Positions 1 through 13,699 of a stretch of DNA of 64,000 bases are shown piece after piece (position 1 is the first letter of the stretch; each line of letters opens with the position of its first letter). Below the pieces are notes generated by a model that saw only the letters and a list, made by a program, of their open reading frames with translations, ran no database searches and was not told the DNA's origin. Location of the stretch: assembly GCF_018350175.1 (NCBI RefSeq), contig NC_058368.1:212290001-212354000 (forward strand). Direction: 5' to 3'. This DNA is from Felis catus (Eukaryota). Position numbers and translations under genes: made by a program.

Positions 1-1521
1 AATGGATAATTATTACCATTTGCTATTTGCATAAGGTGATTTTTTTTTCCTTTTTAAGATATTCTCTTAAGGTCTCTTCTAACTAAATGACCTTACAAGT
101 ACAGCTCTAAACAATACTAGAAATAAAAAGTAGCTGGCTTTTCCATTTTGTTTCGATCTTGTTTAGGAATGGTCTGTGCAGCTGGTCAGACTATATGTCC
201 ACTTAACAATTCTTAACTAACCAACTATAAATTGATTTAACGTAAAGGCTCCCATTCAACGAAAATAGTTGCTGGATTCAAAGAGAAGACTAAAACCTTC
301 CATGTTGCCCTTAGAAGGGAGATAAGACAAGTACATAAATGATGGGAGCACAGAGGAGGAGGAAAGGTCCTGGACATCTCACTGTGAACTTTTTTCCAGA
401 CAGATCATTGAAAATATATATAATCACATTTTGTACTCAAAATACTTTATTCAGAAGAGTCCTTTAATTGTACCTTTTGTTTCCTATCTGCAGACTAATT
501 CCCAAGGTGTGACGGAATACCATGTGCTACTGTATTCAAAGTATGAAAAACAAATGAGGAAACATACACGTTTTTCTACTTCTTTGCAAATTTTTAAAAT
601 TCACAACAATTTCTTCCACGGTAACAGTGGGATATAATGGACAAAATGTAAGAGAAATGGTTAGATAGGGCTCTAAGCAACACTGAGAAGTTCTCGATCA
701 CCCACAAACTGACCCTTACGTAAATGAAATCGCTATAAATTTAGCAACACAGCATTAATAAAAGCAGCTCTTTAAAGCCAGTTTACAGTTTACTGTGCTA
801 CAGTATACTTCTCAAAGGCCTGTTCCTTTGTGCTTCTGTATTCTGGTAGCTTTCTAAGGAGTCTCTAATAAAATGATTGCAATGACTAAAGCAAAAAAAT
901 GAAGCAGAGTTCACAGCAGTTCAACTCATAAAGTAGGAAGACAAGTTTAACTGCCTCCTAAAGTAGAATACCCAGAAACCGAGTTGATTCTGGGATGACT
1001 TTTGAAATGCCACCTCTTTTTAGTGTGAGCTGGGGGAACTGTAAGCATTTTCTTTACAACGGAGAAGACTCAAGATCTGTCTGGCTTATAACCAAACCCT
1101 AGTGACAAGTCCTCATGGAAATAATGTGAAGGGTCAAGGAATTGGGGCTTCTTTGGTTTCTGCTGCATTCAGTGTGAACTCAAACATCAAATCTCTACCC
1201 TGTAACATCTCACTGAATGAAATGATCAGACTGCTGGCATCCACTCTGACAACTGAGTAATTATGAGGCCCCTTCTTTCCAACTTTTTTTGTCTGATTTT
1301 CGTAATCTAACCCCACAGATTATCTTGCAATCGTACTTCAGTGCTGTTTTCCTTTTTCAATTACAAATAGCTTCAAATCTTTTTCCCCTCTCAGACTTTC
1401 CTAATTTTCTTCCTGAGTGTGCCATCTCACAACCTCATGTAAAGCATTAGAATCTTACAAAATATAAGTCTGAGCTCCTACCACCTTTCAATCTTTGATA
1501 ACAGAGCTCTAAAACATTTAC

Positions 1522-1602
1522 CTCTGCTCGACCTCCATCTCCAGATCCTTCTTTGTTCTTCTTCTTGCCTCCTTCCTTTCGCTGCTCCTCCCCGGCACCT
1601 AT
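1522..1602 (-). CDS. TARS1: TARS1 coding exon 2 (IGAGEEQRKEGGKKKNKEGSGDGGRAE); gene continues beyond the left edge
   Basis: 81-nt exon with acceptor ...TTGTATAG| and donor GAG|GTAAAT. In frame with exon 1 and matches human IGAGEEKQKEGGKKKNKEGSGDGGRAE. Confidence 0.96.
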
Positions 1603-1792
1603 CTATACAAGCAAATAAGAAATAAGATTTTATATTTTAATCTAGTTTGACACCACTCCATGCTGCAGCCAGAAAAGTTTTGAGGATATTATTTTAGCAT
1701 GTATTTAAAAAAAAGAGCAGGAAATCTGACTTTGAAAGACTAAAAAATTTCACCACTATCAAAGACAAAATAACTGGCAATAAAGACAAATC

Positions 1793-1991
1793 TTTTTTTT
1801 TTTTTTAATGTTTATTTATTGTTGAGAGAGAGAGAGAGAAAGAGTGTGAGCAGGGGAAGTGCAGAGAGAGAGGGAGACACAGAATCCTAAACAGGCTGTC
1901 AGCATAGAGCCCGATGCAAGGCTCGAACTCATAAACTGGGAGATCATGATCTGAGCCGAAATCGGATGTGACTGAGCCACCCAGGCGCCCC
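1793..1991 (-). mobile_element. CAN-SINE (SINEC)
   Basis: Poly(T), (GA)n, ending ccaggcgcccc. Confidence 0.9.
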
Positions 1992-2533
1992 AGGACAAAG
2001 CCTTAAAAAGAGAGAGGAGTTACTTGATAATGTTCAATTCCTCAAATTTTGTTTGTTTTGCTTGTTCCTGTGACTCTCGCTTCAGGTTTGCCTGAACATA
2101 TACTCAATATATAGCCACAAAAAAAGCATGCAATTTTAGTATAAGCATGCAGTAACAGGATTTGCAGAAAAAAAAAAGTCTAACGCAATATATCCATCCA
2201 TCCCACAAGTACTACCAAGACACTGTACTCATAGGATTTTAACCCTAGAAAAAAAGCAAACATACGACCCAAATCCTGCAGATGAGGGATGTTATTAAAT
2301 ATCCCGTAATGCCCAGGTCAGCCTCCCCAAATAAAGAATTATCCAGTCCACATTGTGCAAACTTAATCTCTTTAGGGAAAGTGAGGTACACACATGTGAG
2401 AAATTTCCAGGGGAAGAAAGAATACAGCTGTAGCACTATGATTAGATGTCAAATAAGTTAGGACAACTGACTTTAAAGGATGAAGAAGATTTCAATAGGC
2501 TGTATTTTGAGAATGGAGGAAATAAATTGTTGG

Positions 2534-2538
<5 letters not shown>

Positions 2539-2579
<41 letters not shown>

Positions 2580-2610
2580 AGAAAAAATGAGAGAAAGAGA
2601 GAGAGAATGA
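2539..2610. repeat. (GA)n microsatellite
   Basis: Direct inspection. Confidence 0.9.
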
Positions 2611-2642
2611 GAAAACCAGGCTGACTAAAACAGACTGTTTTA

Positions 2643-2815
2643 GGGGGCACCTGGGTAGCTCAATAGGTTAAGCATCTGACTCTTGATTTCAGCTCAGGTC
2701 ATGATTTCAGGGTTCACGAGTTTAAACCCCACATGGGATTCTCTCTCCCTTCCTTTCTGTCACGCACCTGCTCCTGTGTGTTCTCTTTCAAAATAAATAA
2801 ATAAAATAAACTTAA
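2643..2815 (+). mobile_element. CAN-SINE, older subfamily
   Basis: ggggcacctgggtagctca...tcttgatttcagctcaggtcatgat; A tail; TSD tgttttagg. Confidence 0.85.
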
Positions 2816-2945
2816 CAACAACATTGTTTTAGGAAATCACGCCGGTTAAGACAAACTAGGGCTCAGACAGAAGCATGCACTAAAAGTTATGGGGTTACCA
2901 TAAGGAAAGTGGACTTTGATTAGAAGTACATGAAGGCATAGAAAG

Positions 2946-3166
2946 TTTTTTTTTTTTTTTTTTCAACGTTTATTTATTTTTGGGACAGAGAGAGACAGAG
3001 CATGAACGGGGGAGGGGCAGAGACAGAGGGAGACACAGAATCGGAAGCAGGCTCCAGGCTCTGAGCCATCAGCCCAGAGCCCGACTTGGGGCTGGAACTC
3101 CCGGACCGCGAGACCGTGACCTGGCTGAAGTCGGACGCTTAACCGACTGCGCCACCCAGGCGCCCC
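2946..3166 (-). mobile_element. Young felid CAN-SINE
   Basis: CpG-rich consensus-like copy; TSD tagaaagtttt. Confidence 0.92.
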
Positions 3167-3814
3167 TAGAAAGTTTTAAAGTAGTAAGTCCTGTGTAAAA
3201 ATAACCAATGTAGAGTTGGTTTATACTGGTGGTTGTCAGCCAGAAGCAATCTTGCTCTCTAGCAGACCCCTGGCAATGTCGACTAACATTTTTGGTTTTC
3301 ACAACTGGGAGGTGCAATTGGCATATAGTGGGTGGAGACCAGGGATGTTATTAAACATCCCATAATGCACAGGTCAGCCTCCCCAAACAAAGAATTATCC
3401 AGTCCACAATGTCAGGAAACTCTGAAATGCATTATGGGATACTGTGAAGGGTATCTTCACAGAAATGAATTACTTCACTGTGATTGCTCACACAGAAACA
3501 CCCTAAAGCAAATTGCACTACACAAAGTTTTGCGATTTACTAAGTTTCTCCACAATCACATCTAGTTCTCAGCAACCCTGTGAGATTGCTATTATTATCA
3601 TTCCCATTCAACAGGTAAGATTAAATTGGAAAAGGCTAGATGCTTTTTCTAGGTTCACATATTAAGTAACAGCAAAGACACCCATGTAGGTGTTGACAGT
3701 GGTCAACTCTAAGGAGGGAAGTGATCAGCAGTCTTTTGAGAAGTTTGAGGGTAGAACTGGGAATATGAAGGGGAGACTTTATTACAGTCTTGTATACATT
3801 TGTGGTCTTTGATT

Positions 3815-4225
3815 TTTTTCTAACAATTTTATTGAGATATTTTCCTATAGCATACAATTTATCTAAAGTATACAATTCAATGGTTTTAAGGTATTCACTT
3901 AACTATCACTACAATGAATTTTAAAACATTTTCATCACCCCAAAAGGAAACCCTGTACTCATTAGTGGTCACTCCATTTTCCCTTCTCCCCATTACTTGG
4001 CAACCACTTTTGTAGACAAAGAGATCTACTTTGTCTCTATATATCTACCTATTCTGGGCACTTCATATAAACGTAAGCATACAATATGTTGTTTTTTGTG
4101 ACTGGTTTCTTTCACTTAGCATGATTTCAAGATCATTCATATTACACATCAGTACTTTATTCTTTTTTTCACTGCCAAATAATATTCCATTGTTCATTCA
4201 TTTAACAGTTGGACATTTTTGGTGA
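3815..4225 (-). mobile_element. Old LINE-1 3' UTR fragment
   Basis: ttttgtgactggtttctttcacttagcatg motif. Confidence 0.7.
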
Positions 4226-4850
4226 TTCTTTTGAGTCTTATAAAATGTATTACTTGTGTAATTTAAAAAATAAACTAAATTTAAAAACGACGACTTCTAA
4301 ATTCAGGCTGAGCTAAAACTTCCCCCACTCTGGGATTCTGGATTTCATAAAGTTTTAAGGTTAATTTATAGTCAAGAGATAAATAATGAACATACCTTAA
4401 GTCTATTCTAACCAATAAAGTACTAACCAACAGGGTTACAAGACTCTGTATGCCTTTGCTATACTATAGAAATGATGTAACTAATCAGTATTTCTGGTAA
4501 GAAGAGGAATAAAAGTTAATTACAGATCTTCTGTGCAGGTTTAAAATGAAGAATGAGACACTTCTACTTGGCTGATTATATGTTTTTGGTTTTGGTCATA
4601 TGGGTATTTGCCAAACAAATAGGAGTCGTGGAAAAGAGGGAGAGAATTAACACAAAAGTTTTCCATGTTCTAAATACCTCTCTTTTTACAAATGAGAATA
4701 TTGGCCCAAGGAATATAAATTATTTTGCCCATTTGTATACAGCTGATAAGTAGCAGAGCCAGGACATTAAAACAGGTTTCTCTAGAACTCTGAGGTCCAT
4801 TCCATCTCTACTACAATTAGGAAGATGTTGGGCAACTGTTCTCTATTTCT

Positions 4851-5089
4851 TTTTTTTTAATTTTTGTTTATTTTTGGGAGAGAGAGAGAGAGAGAGAGAA
4901 AGAGACAGAGAGAAGCAAGGCTTGAGCAGAGGAGGGGCAGAGAGAGGGAGGGAGACACAGAATCCAAAGCAGGCTCCCGGCTCTGAACTGTCAGCACAGA
5001 GCCCGATGTGGGGCTCAAACTCAAGGACAGTGAGATCATGACCTAAGCTGAAGTCGGACGCTCAACTGACTGAGCCACCCAGGCGCCCC
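4851..5089 (-). mobile_element. CAN-SINE
   Basis: TSD aactgttctctatttct. Confidence 0.92.
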
Positions 5090-7039
5090 AACTGTTCTCT
5101 ATTTCTAACGAAAACAGAACAAAAATATGTGAGTTTATGTATCGCGTATTTACATATAATCAATCTAAAATTTCAACCTAAAAGTTAGAACAAGGACTTT
5201 GAAGGGAAGCTACAGAATTATTTTCCTCAGAGATATATAGGAGTTGAAGGAAAAGCATCTACAGAGTGTAGTTTAATTAAATTCCATCCCAGAGACTGGG
5301 ACAGCTGGGCTAGGTATGTCCTGGGAGTCCAATAGTTTGATGGAGTATCTGTCCCTGACTCATACCCCAACAGGTGATGGGAGGCAGGAGAGCACTAGAG
5401 TTATGAGCATTGGCTACAGAATATTGGGTTTAGCAAGGTACTTAGTGTTCTTTGCCTGTTTCCTCATCTGATAATGAAGACAATAAGAAAACCCAGTTCA
5501 TAGTTATTATAAGGATTGAAATAGTTGAGTTAATACATAATATAGTATCAGACCCACAGTTAGCACTCAATAAAAATTAGGTATTGTATAGTTACTATTA
5601 TTATTATGGGAGGGAGGAATAATATGAAGAATAATAATATTAAGAATGGCATAGCATAGTATTTGTGGACATAGAAAGTTGCTGACTATAGACTATTAAG
5701 CAAAAAAAGTAAACAAGTTACAAAACAATAAAGATATAATTTTTTAGTGAAAAAATATAGATGGAGAAAACTCTATGGATTGGCAGCATTTATCACCTTA
5801 AATTTAATTCATATAGTTTAGAATGCATTTTTCCCATTCTATCCTGGACTTAGAGGACATCTTCATTTTACTGATGAGAAAACGGTGACTTTTACAGTTT
5901 TCCTATCAGAGATAGGAAGATTTATCCTATCAGAGAGTTAGGGCTGAGGCTGCTTTAGCTTAAGACATCACCACTTTTCACTTGGACTACTGCAATGGCC
6001 TCCTGCTTGTGGCCTGACCTCTTTCCAACACACCTTCCATCCCAATGCCACAGTGATCTTTAAAACTACTCTAAGAGCCGTAGGTCCCCCTTCAGGCTTA
6101 TCCCTTGCAAAAAACCTTACAGATACTTCTCGGTGTGCCTTTTCACTGCCCTTGCTACCTTTACCTGGAAAGCACTGCCCTGCCAGGCTTACCTGGTGAA
6201 CTGACTCATTCTTCCAAACTGAACTAAAACAAGCCCTTCCTTCCTAAACAGAGTTAGGCTCTTTCTCTCTATAATCCCAGAGGGTTGATCACACTGCACA
6301 ATGACTGTTTTCCTGCCTCACACACCAGGCTTTGAAGCTTTTAGTGACAGGCACTGGGTCCTTTTCACCTTCCTAGCTGCATCTCCCAGCAGTGCCTGGC
6401 AGAATAAATACCTGACATTTGTTGGCCATAAAAAAGCTTGACCTGGTGGTGTGAAAGTGACCTGGGAGTTGTTCCTAAGCAATGGATGACATCGAAGGCC
6501 TACAGCAGGAGGTAGGGCAAGGGTATAACCTCGCTATGGTTTGTCAGCTGGGGTCATACAGCTTCCATCACTTATTATAAATCACCCAAACTTGAGTCAG
6601 GTGGGACACATTTCGGAGACTCGGTTTTTCTCTTCCTTAAACCGAAGCTCTTAGCCCTACAGGGTTTTAGGATTAAATGAGGTTCTCAAATGCTCTTCCC
6701 GCCTAACGTGAGTCAAAAACATTACTCTGGGAGCCCCGAGTCCTAGATTCTAATTCTCTCTAGGCTTCTAACTAGATGTTTGGCTCTAAGCTAGGCACTC
6801 ACTCAGGGTCTCAGTTTCTTCATCTGCAAAAAGAGGATGGACCCAGAAATGACCTGCAAGGCCCTACCCTACTTTATGAATGTACGATCTGTCCCCCAAA
6901 GAGGCTCTGACTCAACCAGGAACTCCATCGTCCCCCTCGGGTCTCGCCGCCCCCACACGGCAGGAGCTGCTTCCTCCTTCCCGCCTGGTCGGACACCGTG
7001 GACACCAAGCAGCCTCCGGGTCCCACTCAGTTCGCTCAC

Positions 7040-7096
7040 CGGCTTCTCCTCGCCTCCCATATTCCCTGAAGGGCTTCTGTCCTTCTCCTCCGACAT
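7040..7096 (-). CDS. TARS1: TARS1 coding exon 1 (MSEEKDRSPSGNMGGEEKP)
   Basis: 19 codons matching the mammalian ThrRS N-terminus (human MFEEKASSPSGKMGGEEKP). Followed by a phase-0 donor CCG|GTGAGC and located in a CpG island. Confidence 0.96.
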
Positions 7097-7224
7097 CTAC
7101 AGACCACGAAAGGAAGACGGACCCAACAGGACGGTCTGGAGGAGAGGAGAACCGAGGCCGGTCAGAGACAGGCTGAGGCTCCGAGAACACTGCGCTTGCG
7201 CCACGTGGCCCGGAAAGGACCAGC

Positions 7225-7233
7225 TGATGCAAT
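7225..7233 (+). promoter_or_regulatory. C/EBP-ATF (AARE/CARE) element TGATGCAAT
   Basis: Exact match to the ATF4 amino-acid response element, ~130 bp upstream of the TARS1 ATG. Confidence 0.7.
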
Positions 7234-8844
7234 CTGTAAGCGCCCATGCCCCGCCTCCCAATCCTCTGGGAGAATGGGCAGCCAATCGACAACGGGGGAA
7301 GGCGGGCCCTCGCCTCTAAACCAATGGAGAAATTTGTTGGGTGACAGCCCATTAGGAAACCAAGCTGCGGCGGTCTGCAAGACGGATCCGCCGGAGCTGA
7401 ACCCGTGCTCTCTGCGGGCTCTGGATTTAACCCCTCCCTGAGCCAAGAAGTCTTCAAAGTACTTGCTCTTTCACGTACGCAGACTTGGCCTATTAGTCAA
7501 GGACCTTCTCAGCCACCGTAGCGGGTGGGAGGGGCTTGGCCTGAGCCTCCGGGAAGTCTGCAGCGACTTGAATACTCTCCCTGTCACTGGGACGAATTCC
7601 GGAATAGAGTCCAGGGTTCCTAAGGCTTCTTCTCTGCCTGACCTCGCGTGACTGCCGAATTCTGAGGCCGTCCCAGGGATCTGTCTCTGTTTGTAGCGGT
7701 GAATGGTGCTCTCCTCATGGTAGTCCAGGCTTCCCAAGACCCAAGCCTTAATGATCCAAGGACCGGCGCCTTTCTTTGGACATTCCTTAATACATACTTC
7801 CGCCAATCTGTAATGCGTCAGAGAGCATTTCCTTGGGCCCATGAAAATACAATGAAACCTTTACTTAAGGAAATAAACACCCTGACTCCACGGATCTGGC
7901 GCATAAGCCCCAGTGTTTGGAATCGAACGGGCTTATTTTTATTTATTTTACCAGCCAATTTAAAACAGTTACTAAATTGAAATCAGAAGTGCACTGAGCT
8001 CATTCATAGTTTATGTATTTCATCACCTTGTTGTGTGGGTTATATTTTGTAAACGTTAATCCTCGACAATCTGCCCCCTAGAGAGTCTTCCTTCCACAAA
8101 GAAAAACAGCTTTCTAACCCCGCATTTTGTTTTTCACGTGGCGCCAGGATAGTCTTCAAATACAAATGTGATCATGGCAACATTCTGCTCAAAACTATTT
8201 ATGTGGTTTTTCAGTTACTCTTAGAATAAATATAGTTACGGCTTTGAAGGCCTGTGATTGCCCAACTTTCTCGCCCCTTCACTATACACTGAACTGTAGT
8301 TACAGTAAGCTTTTTTCCCTTAGTTCTCCCACAATTTTTTTTTGTACGTGTGGAGATTATTCTCCCCATCCTCCGTCCCTGTCTACCCCCACACACCCTT
8401 TACCTGTTGAGACCCTACTTATTTGTCAGATCTCAAGAACCATTTACTTAGAGGAACTATTTCTTGACCACCCTTAACTGGATGGAGCAAGTCTCTATGT
8501 TACATTTGCTGGTAGTTTCATGTAGCTCTCAGTAGCACCTATCAGTTCAATTTCACAATTAAAAAAAATATTTTTATTGTCTCCTAGATTGAAAACTTCA
8601 GGAAGCACAACTTGTGCATTTTTTGCTAGCATCTAGCAGATGTAAGCCTGGCACACAGTTTTTCAATAAATGTTAAGGGCATTAATAAGTGTTGAGACAA
8701 ACCTTATTTGAAAAATTACCTCTTAATTTGTATTGTGAAAGAAAGAGGCCAAACTCCCTAAACTAACTAGCTCTAGGAGGTTTATAATAAGAATAGATTG
8801 TTGGTAGTACTTGGTGGGTATTCTCCTTAAGAAGGTCCAGGAGT

Positions 8845-9063
8845 GGGGTGCCTGGGTGGCTCAGTTGGTTAAGCATCTGACTTGGGCTGAGGCCATGATC
8901 TCATGGTTTGTGAGTTGGAGCCCCACATCAAGCTCTGTGATGGCAGCTCAGACTCTGGAGCTTGCTTCAGATTCTGTGTCTCTCTCTCTGCCCCTCCCCC
9001 ACTCATGCCCTTTCTCTCAAAAGTGAATAAAAGGTTAAAAAAAAAAAAGTTAAAAAAAAAAAA
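8845..9063 (+). mobile_element. CAN-SINE
   Basis: TSD aag(g/t)tccaggagt. Confidence 0.9.
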
Positions 9064-9399
9064 AGTTCCAGGAGTTATATAGAACTTTAATAGGTTTAAG
9101 CAGACCAATCTGATTTATTTTTAAATTAGAGTGAGAATTAACAAGATTTTACTTTCCAGTCTAAAACAATTTAGGTATGCTCATTATATATATTTGTCTG
9201 AATTGTATCCTAATTTTAAGTAAGGGTAACAAGGACCAGAAGATTGGGAGATTACTGAATTTGCTAGAGGTAGAATAGTATAGACTAACAATTGCAAATT
9301 CCTCTTACTGCTGTGCAACTTGGCCTCTAGCAGCTTCTTTTAATCCCCTATTCTCATTCAACCTCAGAACAGTCCTGGTGAAAGGATGGTAAAAAGGAA

Positions 9400-9730
9400 A
9401 GAGCAGAAGGCATTTCTGAAAGATTGAATGGCTACAGGAATGTAAGAGAAGCTGTAAAAATTAGCTCCCAGTGTGGGAACCTCTCAGGGAGATAACCCAA
9501 TGGCACAGTGCCCTCTGGTGTTAGGAAGAGATTTTCCCCCCATCATATGTGCATTTAGGGGCTAAGCAAAGATAATGGGAGCTTCCAACAATCCCAGATT
9601 TAGAGCACAACATGTTGTTTTTCAACTTTTATCTATTTACTAAGAAGAAAACTGTTGATTGACATCCAGTGTTGTAATCTACGCCCTCTAACCTGGGTAC
9701 TTTTTAGGACAGTGACTCTCAACAGCTCTA
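9400..9730 (-). pseudogene. TRIM-like unit 19 (RING remnant nearest the TARS1 promoter)
   Basis: VESHCP..ITT/GC..SF..KIWD. Highly degraded. Confidence 0.35.
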
Positions 9731-11431
9731 CCTTGAGAAGTGAAACAAAATTATTTATGAATTGTAACAAATAGTGCTACAAATAACAGAAGATTGCACA
9801 TAATCAACTTTTTAAAAATATGAATTAAAGAAGAATCAAAGTTATCTAATAATCTTTTATTCATCCATGTAAAAACATTTTTTAAAAAGGAAGTACAAAG
9901 AGTATGCAACAATGGAAGATATGCCTGGCAAGTTCTGCTTTGGTGATAGTATATCTCAGAAAAACACTCAGCTGGGATGTGGCCAGGTAAGTATAAATAT
10001 GATCACATGAAGAACGGGGAGAGGTGCTCTTTTTGTTGCAAGAAATAGTCACTTGGTGATTTTGACAAATGGGGAATTTATTCTAAAACTACATGAAGTA
10101 GTAAAGGAACAGGAATCTCTTCTATGTAGCCAGGCCACACTGGTTGCAGGGAAAACTGAACAATTGGGCCTCATGTGAGACTGCAGGGACTGTAGTTTGA
10201 TGGTTAATCAAAATCCAAGGTCCTCTCTAGTAACAAGAAGTTGTGACTTTGAGCTCTGGTACTCCACTATTAGCATGAATGTGTTAATCTTGTCTCTTGC
10301 TCCTCCTCCTTTTACCAGCTGACCAATTTACTTTATATATCATGGTTCAAATTCCCAAGGAGGAGAATCAGAGAGGCTGTCTAATTACCAAGCCACATAA
10401 TCATAAGTTACAGGCCAGCTTATGGGTTGATTGGTTGTTCCTTAAAGTCAGGTGCTTCCCATAGTCTACTCAGCAGTGGCTGAGGGACTAGTCATATGGT
10501 ATAGCCATCATGGTGCAGGGACCAGATACTTTCTTCAGTATGGAGTGTAGGCACCTTTAGAAGGGGATGCTGAGCATGACAGGTGCTATGAGTAATATCT
10601 CTAAGGCAAAATGTGTTTGTGATTCATTTGGCAATATCTTCACTATAAATAAATTTTGGTGCTATTTCACTTAAGTTTTTGTGGGAGTTATTTTGTGAGG
10701 AGAGGAGGCAGGGATGCTGAACTTCTAACAGTATGTAACAGAAATCGTTGTTTCATGAATGCACTTTGGAAAATGTGACACTACACTTATAAAGTGTTCA
10801 TTATTGCAGTAAAAATTACCCATCAATCACACTTGGAGTGACAGTGCTTTCCAAATAAATCTTGGCTTATGTTTTAGTGTAAGATCTTTAGAGCTATCAG
10901 ATATGTGGTCCCTACTGATGTGGATTTTTTTCCTTTTAATTTCCTTACAATTAATCTAAAAAATATGATTAAAATTGTGAATTCCATTAGAAATGACACC
11001 AATGATCATGCACATTCATACCATACAAAATACATCTGTATAGATAATAGCACAGAAGATAATGCTGATGCAATTTTAGAAGATGATGTTCATTCTGGGC
11101 ACAAGTATAATAACTGTCAGCTTGAAACTCACCCACTAATTCTTGGAGTACTTTGCACCAATGTTTCTGGTTTCCCTTTCAAATATATCCAAATGTTCTT
11201 AGGGCACTTCCAATGACACTGTCAATCTTTGGTAGATAGTTCCAAAATAGCCTAACTATACCTTGAAGAGGGTACTCTCTATGGTATTTGAATCCTAGTT
11301 TCTTATACGTGAGTTATTCTAGTTTGTTTAGAGACCTTGCTTTCCATCCTCTGTTAGATTTGATTTCAGTGGATCTGTTATTGTTCTAATCTAATAACAT
11401 TGAACCCCTCCCCCCCGCTTTCTCCTACCTT

Positions 11432-11877
11432 TAAAAATTTTTTTTTTAATTTCTTTTATGTTTATTTATTTTTGAGACAGAGAGAAACAGATCATGAGTG
11501 GGGGAGGGGGCAGAGAGAGAGGGAGACACAGAATCCGAAGCAGGCTCCAGGCTCTGAGCTGTCAGCACAGAGCCCGACGTGGGGCTCAAACCCATGAACC
11601 GTGAGTTCATGACCTGAGCTGAAGTTGGACGCCTAACCAACTGAGCCACCCAGGCGCCCCTAAAAAAATTTTTTTTAATGTTCATTCATTATTGAGAGAC
11701 AGAGAGAGAGAGCATGAGCATGGGAGGGGCAGAGAGAGGAGGAGACACAGAATACAAATCAGGCTCCAGGCTCCGAGCTGTCAGCACAGAGCCCGATGCA
11801 GAGCTCAAACTCACAAACCACGAGATCACGAGCTGAGTCGTAGTCAGACGCTTAACCGACTGAGCCACTCAGGTGCC
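11432..11877 (-). mobile_element. Two CAN-SINEs in tandem (one in the tail of the other)
   Basis: Units ~11432-11660 and ~11661-11877; outer TSD tctcctacctt. Confidence 0.9.
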
Positions 11878-13699
11878 TCTCTCCTACCTTTTTGGAGAAT
11901 ATCTTTCTGTACTACATTTTGAAGTTACTCCATTTTATATGTATTTATTCTTTTCTTAAAGATATAATTTTTCCTCTCTTTCCTCTGATATAATAATTTT
12001 TAAGGGAACCTCGGCTTCCTCCAGCATAATCAGCCTTTCTTCTTTTATTTTGCTTTCAGTTGTCCAGTGCTCATTTTTAATAAGTAAAACAAGCATATTT
12101 TCCAAGCTACCCTAGTTTCTCCTGGATCTCCTAAGATACCTGCTTCCTGAGACTGAGAATTCATATACATATCTTTTTAAAAATTGAATTACTTTCTTTA
12201 CCTTTGGATTTGCAATACTTTAATTGAATGTTTTCTCTACTTCAGTCCCACAGAAGATCATATTCTCTCTATAATAAATGCCTGTGTTCATTTTTTGTTG
12301 TTGTCAATAACACCTACCAATTTTTTTTTTAATTTTCTTAACTCTCAAGAACCTACTTAAAGCCATGTGACTTATCAAACTTGTGAACAAACCAGAAAAG
12401 TAAAAAAAAGTTAGTTTCCTCAGGCTTCCCCCTTTGCCTTTAAATATAGTTCCAAAACCATGCAAGCAGGCATGGAATTTGGTGCAGTGGATCTAGCTCT
12501 GGATACCTAGATATAGTACTAAAACTAGAACTAGTAACTACCACACAGCACTACTCCATAGCCCATGCGTATCTTGGCTGCCTTTGTACTTCATCATTCT
12601 GCACATTGGCTGAAAAACACTGTGAAAGAACAAATATTGGTTTTTTGTTTTTTGTTTTTTGTTTTACAATACCTAACAGAGTACCCCAGCCTAGTGTTTA
12701 GTGCAAGGAAAAACTGACACAGACATTCTTGGAGGCCCATACAACCTGCTTATAAGGATAGGTGCCTGGCTTGCTCCAGTGAAATGCCAATTACAACGAA
12801 TGCAAAAAATCAGCTTCTGGTTATAATATAAACAACTGCAAAACTATTCAGGATTTTTCAGTTGTTAAGCATAGCCATGGTTAAAAATTAAGTTATATTA
12901 AGTGCAGTGTGGTATCCTGAATTGGATTCTGGTACAGGAAAAAAAGATTAGTGAAAAAGACTGATGAAATTCAAATAAAGTCTGGAATTTATTTTGTATA
13001 TTGCACTAGTGTCAATATCTTAGCTTTCATAAATGTACCACAGGCACGTAGGATGATAATATTAGAGGGAGCTGGGTGAAGGGCATATGGGAACTCTGTA
13101 CTGTCTTTGCAACTCTTATGTAATTATAAAGTTATTTCAAAATAAAAAGTTTAGAAATTTTATTTTAAAATAATTTTACATTTTGGCTACATACACACAT
13201 ATGTTTATAATTTATAGTTATTATATAAACTTACAATTAAATATATTTTAAAAGATAACATATTAAAAACTTACCACTTCCTAATTATTTTACTACATTA
13301 AATATTGTCTATGTTCTTGAGCTCATTTTTGTCTAGTTTATCAGTGTGGTAAAATACTATATATACTGCATATCTGTTCCTAACTCAGCATTCAGACATT
13401 AGTAGCTTGAAATTAGCCATAGTGGGAATATTTATACCTCAGAACTGGCAAATCCTACAAATCAGGGCTTATTGCTTTCCCAGGGAGCTGGTTGTTAAAC
13501 ATTTACCAGTATACCATTGGGTATATGCCCTAAGTTTTTGCCAGTATATAGGGCCTTTAACTCCATGCCCAGAATTCATAAGTTGAAGGACAAAGGAGAG
13601 ATGCTTCTCATTGTTAGCCCTTAATAACTCATCTGAAGAATGCTTGCTTCTCATTCTTATACCTGTGGGCTGGATCATTTTGAAGGTCCTAGTCCCTAA

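Larger units (their letters stand above)
6920..7700. promoter_or_regulatory. CpG island / TARS1 promoter
   Basis: GC- and CpG-rich. Motifs: NRF1-like TGCGCTTGCGC (7191-7201), E-box CACGTG (7202-7207), ETS CCGGAA (7210-7215), and CCAAT boxes at ~7258, ~7282 and ~7321. Confidence 0.85.

Noticed and set aside
1134..1345. Possible extra TARS1 alternative exon in intron 2
   Set aside because: No convincing polypyrimidine acceptor or donor, and I could not match it to a known isoform.
2980..3317. Recurrent ORFs such as MGQRETEHERGRG.. or ..GAWVAQSVK..
   Set aside because: Translations of CAN-SINEs, repeated throughout the window.
7381..7410. Plus-strand ELNP peptide resembling TARS1 exon 3 start
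   Set aside because: Too short, wrong strand, consistent with chance.
6837..7980. Many overlapping long ORFs around the CpG island
   Set aside because: Expected from GC-rich DNA; only the first 19 codons of the 7096 ORF match TARS1.
10905..11216. 103-aa plus-strand ORF
   Set aside because: No recognisable family or splice signals; the opposite strand fits TRIM remnants better.
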